Assembly (NCBI GenBank): GCA_017546455.1 | Contig: JAFYWY010000038.1 | Location: 18,735 to 82,734, forward strand | Length of the DNA: 64,000 bases | Direction: 5' to 3' | Source of the DNA: Opitutales bacterium | GTDB lineage: Bacteria > Verrucomicrobiota > Verrucomicrobiia > Opitutales > UBA953 | Shown: positions 36,552-46,400 of the stretch, piece after piece | Position numbering within the stretch: the first letter of the stretch is position 1 | Layout of the letters: each line of letters opens with the position of its first letter | Made by a program: the position numbers and the translations under genes | Notes under the pieces: generated by a model | What the model was told of the DNA's origin: nothing | Databases searched by the model: none | The model's input: the letters and a program-made list of their open reading frames with translations, nothing else

Positions 36552-38495
36552 GTGTTCACGCTTAAAGACATCCGCTTGCGCTTCGGTCCGCGCGAGCTTT
36601 TCAGAGGTATCGACGCCGCAATCAATGCGCGGGAACGCATCGGACTCGTCGGCTCCAACGGCGCAGGCAAATCCACGCTCCTCAAAATCCTCGCCGGGCT
36701 CCACGACTACGACTCCGGAGAAATCGCCGCCGCCAAGAACGCGACCGTCGGCTATCTCCCGCAAGACGGCTTGGAGCTCCACGGCAAAACGCTCTACGCT
36801 GAGGTCGAATCTGCCTGCGAAGACATTATCGCCCTGCGCGAAAAAATCCGCGAAGCCGACGCCGAACTGGCCACGCTTTCGCCGGATTCACAGGATTACC
36901 GCGACCGCCTCGACCTCATCGCCGAATGGGAACGCCGCCTTGAGGACGCCGATGCCGAAAAGCTCCGCTCGCGCATCGAACGGGTTTTGCTCGGCCTCGG
37001 GTTTTCGACGAGCGACATGGAACGCCCGACCGACGAATTTTCCGGCGGCTGGCAAATGCGTATCGCCCTGGCCAAGCTACTCCTGCGGGAACCCACGCTG
37101 CTCCTCCTCGACGAACCAACCAATCACCTCGACATCGAGTCGCAAAACTGGCTTGAAGACTGGCTGAAATCTTACGCCGGCGCCGTCATCATCGTCTCCC
37201 ACGACCGCGCATTTCTCGACACGCTCTGCACGCGCATCTTCGCCCTGAACTTCGGCTTGCTCGAAATTTATAACGGGAATTATTCCTATTTTGAAAAAAC
37301 CTCCCGCGAGCGCCGCGAATCCCTGCGCCGGGCAGCCCAAAACCAGGCCCGTGAAATCGAAAAAACCGAAGCCTTCATCGAACGCTTCCGCGCCAAGGCC
37401 ACCAAGGCCGCGCAAGTCCAATCCCGCATCAAGGCTCTCGAAAAAGTCGAACGTATTGAATTCGAGGAGGAAGACGACTCGGAAATCGATTTCGAATTCC
37501 CGCCCGCCCCGCCGACCGGCCAGCGCGTCCTCACCCTCGAAGCCGCAGGCAAGAGCTACGGAACGCACGAAGTCCTCCGCAATCTGAATTTAAAAATCGA
37601 GCGCGGAGAACGCATCGCCGTCGTCGGAGTCAACGGAGCCGGTAAATCCACCCTCATCCGCATGCTCGCCGGCACCGAACCCCTGAGCGCCGGCACCCGC
37701 GAAGAAGGGCTTCACGTCGCCGTCTCCTATTTCGCCCAGCACCAGGCCAAAGAGCTCGAACCGGGGAAAACGGTCCTCGAAACGGTCAACGACGTTGCCG
37801 CCGGCCTGGGGACGACACGCCTGCGCTCGCTCCTCGGTGCTTTTCTTTTCCGCGGAGAAGACGCCTTCAAGCCCGTTTCGGTACTTTCCGGCGGCGAACG
37901 CAATCGCCTTGCCCTCGCCCGCATGCTCCTGCGCCCCTTCAATTTCCTGATTCTCGACGAACCGACCAACCACCTCGACATGCGTTCCAAAGCCGTGCTG
38001 GCTCATGCGATTCGCAATTTCACGGGAACGGTCGTCGTCGTCTCCCACGACCGCGCCTTCCTCGATCCGCTCGTCAGCAAGGTTCTCGAAGTCAAAGACG
38101 GCGGCATTCGCATTTTCCACGGAAACGTCTCGGACTATCTTGCGGCAACGGATGCCGAGCGCCAAGCCGCCCGGGAACGCTTCTCCGGGAAAAGCGCCGA
38201 AAAAGCGAAAGCCGCATCCCCGGCGTCGAACGATCCGAAGGAACGCCGTCGCGCCAACGCCGAACGCGCCAAGCAGCTCGCGCCGCTACGTAAGGAACTG
38301 GCCGCCGTCGAAACCCAAATTGCCGAACTCGAAGGCGAACAAGCCGAATGGGAGGAAAAAATGACCGCCGCCGATTTCTTTTCGCGGGGAGAAACCACCA
38401 AGACCGAGCTCGCCCGCTACGAAAACGTAAAATCCGAAATCGTAGCCGCCTACGCCCGCTGGGAAGCCATTTCCCTGCAACTGGAAGAAGCTTAG
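36552..38495 (+). CDS. ABC-F family ATPase (Uup/YheS-like, two NBDs plus a C-terminal coiled coil)
   Basis: 647 aa with a GTG start. Walker A motifs are GSNGAGKST and GVNGAGKST. Signature motifs are FSGGWQMR and LSGGERNR. There are no TM segments. The tail is coiled-coil (LRKELAAVETQIAELEGEQAEWEEKM). Confidence 0.9.
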   Translation: MFTLKDIRLRFGPRELFRGIDAAINARERIGLVGSNGAGKSTLLKILAGLHDYDSGEIAAAKNATVGYLPQDGLELHGKTLYAEVESACEDIIALREKIREADAELATLSPDSQDYRDRLDLIAEWERRLEDADAEKLRSRIERVLLGLGFSTSDMERPTDEFSGGWQMRIALAKLLLREPTLLLLDEPTNHLDIESQNWLEDWLKSYAGAVIIVSHDRAFLDTLCTRIFALNFGLLEIYNGNYSYFEKTSRERRESLRRAAQNQAREIEKTEAFIERFRAKATKAAQVQSRIKALEKVERIEFEEEDDSEIDFEFPPAPPTGQRVLTLEAAGKSYGTHEVLRNLNLKIERGERIAVVGVNGAGKSTLIRMLAGTEPLSAGTREEGLHVAVSYFAQHQAKELEPGKTVLETVNDVAAGLGTTRLRSLLGAFLFRGEDAFKPVSVLSGGERNRLALARMLLRPFNFLILDEPTNHLDMRSKAVLAHAIRNFTGTVVVVSHDRAFLDPLVSKVLEVKDGGIRIFHGNVSDYLAATDAERQAARERFSGKSAEKAKAASPASNDPKERRRANAERAKQLAPLRKELAAVETQIAELEGEQAEWEEKMTAADFFSRGETTKTELARYENVKSEIVAAYARWEAISLQLEEA

Positions 38496-38537
38496 CCTTA
38501 ACGCGCTCTTGCTTCGACGCGAACAGCCGACAGCGAC

Positions 38538-38572
38538 AAAAAAACTCCCGCATTCCTGCGGGAGTTTTTTTG
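38538..38572. terminator. Bidirectional rho-independent terminator between the convergent ABC-F and subtilase-autotransporter genes
   Basis: aaaaaaa-ctcccgca-ttcc-tgcgggag-ttttttt. This is an 8-bp GC-rich stem flanked by A7 and T7. Confidence 0.8.
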
Positions 38573-38575
38573 TTC

Positions 38576-41500
38576 TTAGAAGCGGCAACGCATCATCAGA
38601 TTGAAGTTGTGTTCCGGTCCGGAATCTTCACGGAGGAAGTTCACGTCATAGTCGAGCGACAAAGTCGTCGATTCCGCGATGAGAACCGTGACCCCCACAC
38701 CGGCAGTGACGTAGTCGGAGCCTTCCTTATTCATCTTCGTCGAGAACGGCGTCGTTCCCGGCAAGGCAATTTGAGCACCGATGTTTTCCGCGCTGTCGAG
38801 GAATTCGTGTTGCCACGAAATGCGGGCTTCGGGGACGAAGGTGATTGTTTCCTTCACGTCGAAGCGAACGGTCGTGCGCCATCCGAGGCTGGACTGCAGA
38901 GAGTCGTAGCTGAAGCTGTCCACATTGAGAGCATCCGCGCCGTTACCCTGTTCCGCATAGGAGTCCACGCTGTTGTAAACGTAGCGCAGGGAGACCATCG
39001 GTCCGGTCGTCCACTGATAGGAGAGAGCCTGCGAACCGGCATCCCATTCCCAACCGGCCGCGAGATAGCCGATGGCCTGAGAACCGTCGGGCGAAGCCGT
39101 TGCCTTGGAATTGTAGTTACCAATCTTGGTCGAGCGCGTGAAATCGTATTCTCCGACCCCGTAAGAAGCCATCCCCATGTAATAGAGATTGCCTTCCTTG
39201 TCGTTGCGGGAGCCTGCGAAGTAAACACCGAGCGAGCGCATCGCCGCCTCCGTCTTGGAGCCGGTCGCCTTCATCTCGGTAGAACCGCCGGAGTAGCTTG
39301 CAAAGAGGCCGATAGCCAAGCGGTCGTTCACGGCATAGTCGAAGCCGATCGAAGCGTTGGTCATATCGGTTTCCGTCTTGGAAACATGCGAGGTTGCATC
39401 GCCGTCCGAGAAGGAGTAACCGCCGTTCGCCCAAAGCATCGCGCGTTCATCGTTAAAATCATAACCGACAAATTGGCGCATCCCGTTCGAAGCAACGGCA
39501 TTCGGGTTCGCGGAGAAAGAGAAGCCGTAGGAGTTGAACAGCGGAGCGGACCACAGGTCGGAGACCGGATAACCGCGGCGCAGTTCGCGGGAACGGCGTT
39601 CGAGCGCACCCGTAACCGCCGAAGCCTGCTTGTTGTTCAGCGAATTAATCGTGACAAGGTTGACCGGGAGCAGCTGGTCGTACGCGCTCAACAGCGGATC
39701 GAGGTATTCGAAGCTGTTGAGCTCGGCAAGCAGCTCGGCGGAAACATTCGCATTCTCGCCGTCCGAGAGACAGGTGCGGAGCGACTGTGCGATCGCCTTC
39801 TGTTCGTCGGTCATCTGCGAGTAGGTCAAACGCACGGGAACGAGTTCCGCGCTTCCCGGAAGTTGCGCTTCGATCGTGCCGTTCGTATTGATGTCATAAA
39901 CGAGGGCAATTTCCTGCTGACCGTCCCACAGAGTCGGAGCCGTCGCATCGATTTCCACGGAAACGGAGTCGTCAACGGAAACGGTCTTACCGGCTTCCAA
40001 ATTGATAAATTCGATCGTATCGCGCGGAAGTTTGTTCTGGAACGCAAGTTCAACAACGGAGTTGCCGCGAATCTGGACATCCTTATTCACAACCAGTTCG
40101 TCCCCGAAAACAACGCCGAGACGGCTGTCCTGACAGACAAACCCGACGTCCACACCGGACTCGATGTGCGTCGTTCCGCTTCCGGTTCCGCCGCCGATTT
40201 GGAAATAAGAACCGCCCAAAACCTTGAGGCTCGACTGCGTCAGCTTCAATACGGCACCGTCAGCGGCATAAAGTTCGGAGTCCGTAAGCGAAAGCCCGGT
40301 TCGGCCTTCGACCTGAGTCGTGCCGCTCAATGCGAGCGCGGACTTCTGCGCGAGCGTAACCCCGCACTTGAAAACAGCATCGCTGGCCTGAACGGTACCG
40401 CGGGAAACATCCACGGAGCCCGCTTCGATGCTGCCTTTGACCACGGCAGTCGCATAATTCGTCACCGCGGCTTCGGTTTCTTCACCCTCTTCCGTGACGA
40501 CGGCGTCCTTGTGGAAGCCTTCGATTTCGAGCACGCCGATTCCGTTAAATTCCGTTCCGACATAGAGTGTGGCACCCTTGTCAATCGTGAGCGAAGCGGC
40601 CGACGTCGCCGTGGCACCAATCTTCGCAGCCTGGACAGTGGCAGCCGAAGCGACATTGATTGCCCCGCCGCTGGCGTCAACTGAGAGCTCGTTCTTCCCG
40701 CCCATGTTGAAAGTACCGCCCGACATGTTGAAAATGCCGACACTCAACGTGCCGTTTTCGCGCGTCGTCAACATACCGTTGCCGCTGAGATCGATGCGGC
40801 TCACCTGAGAATTGGCCGTGTTCACTTCGACACTACCGCCGGTGATATTCAGCGAACCGCCGGAAATAGAACCGCCGTTGAGGCTGAGCTTTCCGCCGGA
40901 AACATCAATCCCGCGCGGGGCTTCGATGATGCCGTCTTCCTCCAAATTAATCTGTCCGCCGGAGAGCGCAACCTTCACGCCCTTCCAATCCGGATCGTAA
41001 GCGGTAATTTTGCCTCCCTTGCCGACCGTGAGCGTACCGTTGTTAACGATGACGGAGTCTTCCACGCAGAGCAAGGCGCGGGCGCCTACAACCGTGAAAT
41101 TCGTGGTTTCGCGGTCGAGCACCAACGCATGAACGTCCAATTGTTCGGAAACGCTCATGGAAGCGCTTTCCATTTCGACGGTTCCCGTGTTGAACTTCAG
41201 CGACACGTCACTGACCTTAGCCGTACCCGTTCCGTTATTGATAAATTCAACGGTCCAATCGCCGGCTTCGGAAACGCCCCAGAACGCATTGGAAACGTAG
41301 GTCCAGGTCAGAGCCGTCGTTCCGTTTTCTCTGATTGCCGCGTTATAAACCTCTTCGTACGCATTGGCTTCCTTATTGTCGGAAAGCCAAGCCTTGTCCA
41401 AGAGCACGCTACGCGTTCCCGTGGGGGACACAAGCACGACCTGGGCATCCTGGAAGTAGTTGATGTTATCAATCGTAAAGGTAACTTCGACGGATTCGAC

Positions 41501-42862
41501 CGGTTGCGCCAAGCCGTTCACGTTTGCCGTGGCCTTGACGGCTTCGCGGGAAGTCCAGGCGTCCTTGTTTCCGCTCAAACCGGCAGAAACCGTGGAGGAG
41601 GTGCGAATCGTTTCGTAGGCAATGTTTTCGGCAACGTTGATGAAGTTTTCCGCGTTCACCAGCCCGAAGCCGTAGTCGTTCGAAAATTCGAAGCCGGCGG
41701 AATTCGTCGTCCAAACCGTTCCCTTGGAACGCTCTTCATTGCGCATGACATCGAGGATGTCGCAGGAGCGGGCGAGCGCATGCTTTGCCCAGCGGACGTC
41801 CATCGCTTCGTTGCTTGCTGCGGCGAGCGCGATTACCCCGGAAACAATCGGCGTCGAGAACGAGGTCCCCGAGCTGTAGGTGTAGTGCGTGCGGCTACCG
41901 GAATCCGATTTGTTGTTGTCGGTATCATCGCCCGCGCGAATGCTAAAGGAAGCCTCGGTGTTCCCGTCGTCTTCGCCGGTATTTCCCACTTCGTCATCGG
42001 CGGTCATCGTAAGGCCGTAACGCGTGGTCGAGAAAACAGCTTCACCCGGAGCCGTCACGAAGAGATTGGAGCCATAGCAGGAGAAACCGGAGTAGTAACC
42101 GCCGCGGGAAGTGGAACCGACAACGATACCGCCTTCATAATTGGCAACCGCGTCCCCGTTACAATCGGCAGGCACCGTAGCGGAGCCCTCGTTTGTCTTG
42201 CTGCGGGAATTCCCGGCGGCGATAACGTAAATGGTGTTGTTGCGCGTCGTTTTATCAAGGGCGGCGCGGTCCGCTTCGGTCTTTCTGACGACGTAGTACG
42301 GATCGTATCCGAAGCTGCAATTCTTGATGTGGATTGCGGCATCACCTTCCCAAGCGCCCGTGACGGCATTGATTCCGGAACCCCAGTAATACGCCTGAAT
42401 TACCTGCTCGGGCGAAAGGTCAACGTGCAAGCCGGCGAGCTGAGCCTTCGGAGCCGCACCGATAATACCGACATTATTCTGCCCGACGGCGGCGGCCATC
42501 CCCGCGACGAAGGTCCCGTGCGTTTCCCCGTCGTATTTAACGGTGTCGTTGTCGTTGGCCGTGTTAACAAAGTCCTTACTCCACTCCGCGTTATAATTGT
42601 CGGCCAAGTCCGGGTGCTCCGGATCGACCCATTGGTCGATGATGCCGATGATGACGCCTTCGCCCATGTAGCCGTTCAGCCAGGCCGACGTAATATTAAT
42701 CCCGTTCGAGGCGGGATCCCACTGCCACTGGGACTTAAAAAGCGGGTCGTAAAGCTCCCCATTATAGACTTGCTTTACGGTCTCTGCGTTCAACGCTACT
42801 GCAGAGAGAGCCGTCGCACCGGCAAACAAAAGGGTTAAAGGTAAGCGAAGGGGGGAAGTCAT
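38576..42862 (-). CDS. Subtilisin-like (S8) serine protease autotransporter with a P-domain
   Basis: 1428 aa. The signal peptide is MTSPLRLPLTLLFAGATALSAVALNAE. By my count the S8 triad contexts are GIIDQW (Asp76), ETHGTFVAG (His115) and SGTSFSTPIVSG (Ser334), plus AAGNS. A proprotein-convertase P-domain-like segment (VVLVSPTGTRSVLL) is present. A beta-helix-like passenger follows, then a C-terminal autotransporter barrel ending NLMMRCRF. Confidence 0.85.
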   Translation of the reverse strand: MTSPLRLPLTLLFAGATALSAVALNAETVKQVYNGELYDPLFKSQWQWDPASNGINITSAWLNGYMGEGVIIGIIDQWVDPEHPDLADNYNAEWSKDFVNTANDNDTVKYDGETHGTFVAGMAAAVGQNNVGIIGAAPKAQLAGLHVDLSPEQVIQAYYWGSGINAVTGAWEGDAAIHIKNCSFGYDPYYVVRKTEADRAALDKTTRNNTIYVIAAGNSRSKTNEGSATVPADCNGDAVANYEGGIVVGSTSRGGYYSGFSCYGSNLFVTAPGEAVFSTTRYGLTMTADDEVGNTGEDDGNTEASFSIRAGDDTDNNKSDSGSRTHYTYSSGTSFSTPIVSGVIALAAASNEAMDVRWAKHALARSCDILDVMRNEERSKGTVWTTNSAGFEFSNDYGFGLVNAENFINVAENIAYETIRTSSTVSAGLSGNKDAWTSREAVKATANVNGLAQPVESVEVTFTIDNINYFQDAQVVLVSPTGTRSVLLDKAWLSDNKEANAYEEVYNAAIRENGTTALTWTYVSNAFWGVSEAGDWTVEFINNGTGTAKVSDVSLKFNTGTVEMESASMSVSEQLDVHALVLDRETTNFTVVGARALLCVEDSVIVNNGTLTVGKGGKITAYDPDWKGVKVALSGGQINLEEDGIIEAPRGIDVSGGKLSLNGGSISGGSLNITGGSVEVNTANSQVSRIDLSGNGMLTTRENGTLSVGIFNMSGGTFNMGGKNELSVDASGGAINVASAATVQAAKIGATATSAASLTIDKGATLYVGTEFNGIGVLEIEGFHKDAVVTEEGEETEAAVTNYATAVVKGSIEAGSVDVSRGTVQASDAVFKCGVTLAQKSALALSGTTQVEGRTGLSLTDSELYAADGAVLKLTQSSLKVLGGSYFQIGGGTGSGTTHIESGVDVGFVCQDSRLGVVFGDELVVNKDVQIRGNSVVELAFQNKLPRDTIEFINLEAGKTVSVDDSVSVEIDATAPTLWDGQQEIALVYDINTNGTIEAQLPGSAELVPVRLTYSQMTDEQKAIAQSLRTCLSDGENANVSAELLAELNSFEYLDPLLSAYDQLLPVNLVTINSLNNKQASAVTGALERRSRELRRGYPVSDLWSAPLFNSYGFSFSANPNAVASNGMRQFVGYDFNDERAMLWANGGYSFSDGDATSHVSKTETDMTNASIGFDYAVNDRLAIGLFASYSGGSTEMKATGSKTEAAMRSLGVYFAGSRNDKEGNLYYMGMASYGVGEYDFTRSTKIGNYNSKATASPDGSQAIGYLAAGWEWDAGSQALSYQWTTGPMVSLRYVYNSVDSYAEQGNGADALNVDSFSYDSLQSSLGWRTTVRFDVKETITFVPEARISWQHEFLDSAENIGAQIALPGTTPFSTKMNKEGSDYVTAGVGVTVLIAESTTLSLDYDVNFLREDSGPEHNFNLMMRCRF

Positions 42863-43002
42863 AGGATTGAGTTTTAAAAAAAGTAAAAAGCGGAGCCGCG
42901 AGACAACACTCGCGATTTTGGGTTAAATGAAACTCCTTTCTGCCTGTTCCCGCAAGGAAAAACACGCAGGAAACACGCTAAAGGGAGCTCCCTAAAACGA
43001 AC

Positions 43003-43035
43003 AAAAAAGCCCTCCGGGAAGCGGAGGACTTTTTG
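43003..43035 (-). terminator. Rho-independent terminator downstream of ptsH
   Basis: The minus strand reads cctccg-cttcc-cggagg followed by gcttttttg. The stem is at 43011-43027. Confidence 0.65.
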
Positions 43036-43095
43036 CCGGCGGGCTCGCTTTTATCGCGAAAATACCGCCCTCTAAACATTAAGTCTTAACGCGAC

Positions 43096-43395
43096 TTACA
43101 CTTCGTCGAAACGGCGCTCAAACAGAGCCGCAAGTTCGTCCAACAGATGTTGCGCCACGGTGGAATCGGTTGCCGAGGCCACGAACTCCAATTTGGAACC
43201 GTTCCCCGCCGCCAGCATCATCAGACCCATGATGCTCTTACCGTTAACCCGCTCATCGTCTTTGGCAACTTCGAGCTCCACCCCGGGATATTTGTTCGCA
43301 ATACGAACAATCATCGCCGCCGGACGAGCGTGAATTCCCATTTTGTTTTGAACGACAAGTTCTCGCGTAAGTATGTTCTGAGAGTCTTCTGGCAT
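43096..43395 (-). CDS. ptsH: Phosphocarrier protein HPr
   Basis: I trimmed the track ORF (TTG at 43440) to the ATG at 43395. It has the active-site context NKMGIHARPAA and the regulatory serine context VNGKSIMGLMML. Length is about 99 aa. Confidence 0.85.
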   Translation of the reverse strand: MPEDSQNILTRELVVQNKMGIHARPAAMIVRIANKYPGVELEVAKDDERVNGKSIMGLMMLAAGNGSKLEFVASATDSTVAQHLLDELAALFERRFDEV

Positions 43396-43445
43396 AGATT
43401 TGAAAGAAACTATTTGAACATTGACGGCTTTTCCCGTCAATCCAA

Positions 43446-43482
43446 CAAAAAACGTTCCCGCAGATGTCGGTCTGCGGGAACG
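43446..43482 (-). terminator. Rho-independent terminator after the 2426-aa autotransporter gene
   Basis: The minus strand reads cgttcccgcaga-ccgaca-tctgcgggaacg (12-bp stem, 43453-43482), followed by ttttttg. It begins 7 nt after the stop at 43489. Confidence 0.8.
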
Positions 43483-43488
43483 GATTTC

Positions 43489-46400
43489 TTAGAAGCGGTG
43501 ACGGAAACCGAGGTTGGCGCGGTGCGCGACTTCGGACTCCGTTCCGACGCGGAACTCGTAGTTGAGGTAGAGCGTCGTCTTTTCGCTCAGGTCGTACGAG
43601 ACGCTCGGAGCGAGAGAAAGCGACGTTCCCGAAAGCGCACGGGCATCCGTCTTGAACTTGGAATCCGAGATCCAGGATTCGATTTCCACTTCGTCGTCGA
43701 GGAATTCGTGGACGAGGGAGAGGTCCAAACCGACACGCGTGGCGTGTTCACCGATTTCAAAGACGCAGTTCACGGCAGCACCGAGGCGAGCCTGCAGGCT
43801 AAGCGCGTCGAACGCATTCGTCGCCAGCGAGGAGCCCCAGTCGGAGCGCGAAGATTTTTCTTCGAACTTATCGACGCGGTAGTAGGAGAGCGCGAGGCCG
43901 GCGTGCGGGAAGCAGTCGAGGCGTGCGTTGTCGCCCCATTCCGTAAGCGTGAAGGCTCCGACGAAGTCGGCAAAAACGCCGCCGTGCCAGGCATCCGTGT
44001 CGCCCTTGTTTTGGCCGATTACCGTATTGCGTTCCACGTCGTAGGTCGCATAACCGATTTGTGCGCCTGCGTTCACGGAGAGGTAATCGTTGATCAGGTG
44101 GCCGACGAAGAAGGTTGCGCGGATATCATCCGATTCGATTTCCCCGCCGTTGCCGTGGATGCTGGCCTTGCCGTGGTCGTAAGCGACGGCGAAGCCGGCC
44201 GTGGTTTCCTTGTTAAACTTGATGTCGGCTCCTGCGAGGGCTCCGTAGGTATTGTAGTCGTAAACCATGGAGTCGGAGCTGCTGCCGCCGTCAACCGTAG
44301 AACCTTGGGCCTGCGCGAAGAATTCAACGTCGCGTTCGTAAACCCAGATGGCGCTGTTGGAATCGTAGAGGCGCTGTTCGAGGCGAGCGGAGACCGCGCG
44401 GGCGTCGGCGGTGAAACCGGCGTGCGGCATCGTAATCATCGATGCGTAGGCGAGCGGCGAGAGATTGTTGATCGCATCACCCAGTTCTCCGAGCGAGGTC
44501 TTGTTCAGCGCATCGGCGATCGCGTACTCTTCGTCGCTCAGATCCGAACGGAGATACCCGTCCACCGGCGTTGCCCAGTCATTGAGCACGTCAATCAGGT
44601 CGCCGATTCCGTCGTGCAGGTCGGCGCCCGTGTCGCGGAAATCGTTTTGCGCGATATAAACCTTGAGGTTGCCGGTTGCCAATTCCGCCTGGTCGATGTA
44701 GAGAAGCTCGCCCGCGGAAGCGAGGCTGAAGCTGTTGCGGTCGATAGCCGTCGCCGTCTTTTCTCCGACGTATTCGAAGACGGAAAGGGCCTTGCCGCGA
44801 GCTTCCTGGTCCATCGCGATGTCGAGCGTAACCTGGCCGCGGATATCGACATTGCCCGTGTAGCGCAGTGCTTCACCTGAAGCGACGTCGAGGCGGTAGG
44901 TCGAGCCGTTTTCGAAGTCCACGCTCGCATTTTCTGCGAGGAGGGTCACGCCGCCGCTGAGGACCGCGCCGCTCTTAACCGTGATACCGGAGGTTTGCAG
45001 GCGGGTTCCCGAAGAGAACGCGAGCGTCCCTTCGGAGACAAGCGTCTTCCCGGTGTAGCTCTGGGTCGAAGACGTCAGGCGGAGTTCGCCGGCGCCGCTC
45101 TTTTCGAGGCTACCGTCACCGGTGATATCGCCGGCATACCGGGCATAGGCGTAGGCCGTTGCCGAGGTTGCCAGATTCAAGGTACCTCCGGCATTGGTTG
45201 CCAAAACGATACCCTTGTTCGAAAAATCATAGGCCGGCTTCGAAGCTTCCGCCGAGGCCAAAATCGCCTTCGTCCAGCTGGCGCCGACGAGGTCCAAGGT
45301 CAAATCGCTACCGTTGCGATTGGCGAGCGTAACCGTCAAATCATCCTCCGGATTTTCGCGAACCAGATCCGCGAACAGCGTTCCGAAGGCTTCCTGCGAC
45401 AGGTCGATCTGGCCTTCAAGGCCGATTTCGACAGCGGTGACGCCCTGTGCAATCGTGAGCTTACCGGCATAAGCCTGTCCGGAGACATTACCGACGATGC
45501 CGAAAGCACTGCCGTTAGCCGCCAAGACGACATCCACCGTATTGGAAAGACCGACCGAAACATTTCCGGCCGCCGCGTCCGAACCGACCTGAACGACGGT
45601 TCCCGCAGCCAGACTTGCATTCGCCGTGCCGTCGGAAAGTGCGAGTTCGCCGTTGCCGGCAATCACGAGGGTCGCATTTTCAGCAGTATCGAGCGTCCCC
45701 GTAAAGACGAGGTCGCGGTTCGGCTTGAGCGTGACGGTTTGTTCCGCATCGTCAAAAGCCACCGTTCCGGTACCGGCAATGCCGCCGATCGAGTTGATTC
45801 CCGCGCCGAGACTGAGAACGGAAGCCGTACCGACGTCGAAAGTCCCCGTGAAGTCAGCCAAGACAGCTCCGTCGGAAACCGTCGTCGCACCGCCGCCGAG
45901 AGCGAACGTGCCTTCGCCGGAAAGACCGCCGGCCACATTGGCCAGATCAAAGCCGTTCTTGGCGGGATCGAGCTTCAGGACCGCACCCTTGTCGATTGCA
46001 ATCGAAGCCGGAGCATCGTCGTCGAGGCGGGAGCCGTCAATCGCCAGCACACCTTCCTTCACGGAAAGTTCTGCCCCGCTCAGATTAACGTCCTTACCGA
46101 GGATGGCCGTGCCGACGCCCTGCTTTACCAGAGAGGTCGAAACCGCCGGATCGGCGCCTTCCACGCGCAGATTGAAATTCAGCGTCTTTTCGAGAGCGAC
46201 TCCGTTTTCGTCGGCACCGATGTCGAGAGCAAGGGTTCCGCCCTTGAGCACAACACTGCCTTCGAAGAGAATGTCGGAAAGCACGAGCGTGCCGTTACCG
46301 ACCTTTTCAATCGTTCCCGTGCCTGCGAGCTGGCCGTTGAAGACATTATTTTCTTCACCGGAAACCGTCAGGGTGCCGCGTACGTCAAAAATCGTGCCCG

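Noticed and set aside
38348-42838. 778-aa and 569-aa plus-strand ORFs opposite the subtilase autotransporter
   Set aside because: The minus strand has an intact S8 catalytic triad, a P-domain and a barrel. The plus-strand products are R/G/V-rich with no motifs.
42850-42855. G6 tract (C6 on the coding strand) at codons 3-5 of the subtilase autotransporter, as a possible phase-variation switch
   Set aside because: Six nucleotides is too short to argue for slipped-strand switching without population data.
42863-43002. 10-bp palindrome gggagctccc (42983-42992) and cgcgag-acaaca-ctcgcg hairpin (42897-42914) upstream of the subtilase autotransporter, as possible operators
   Set aside because: They are real in the sequence, but short and single-copy. 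I have no basis to assign a function without comparative or TSS data.
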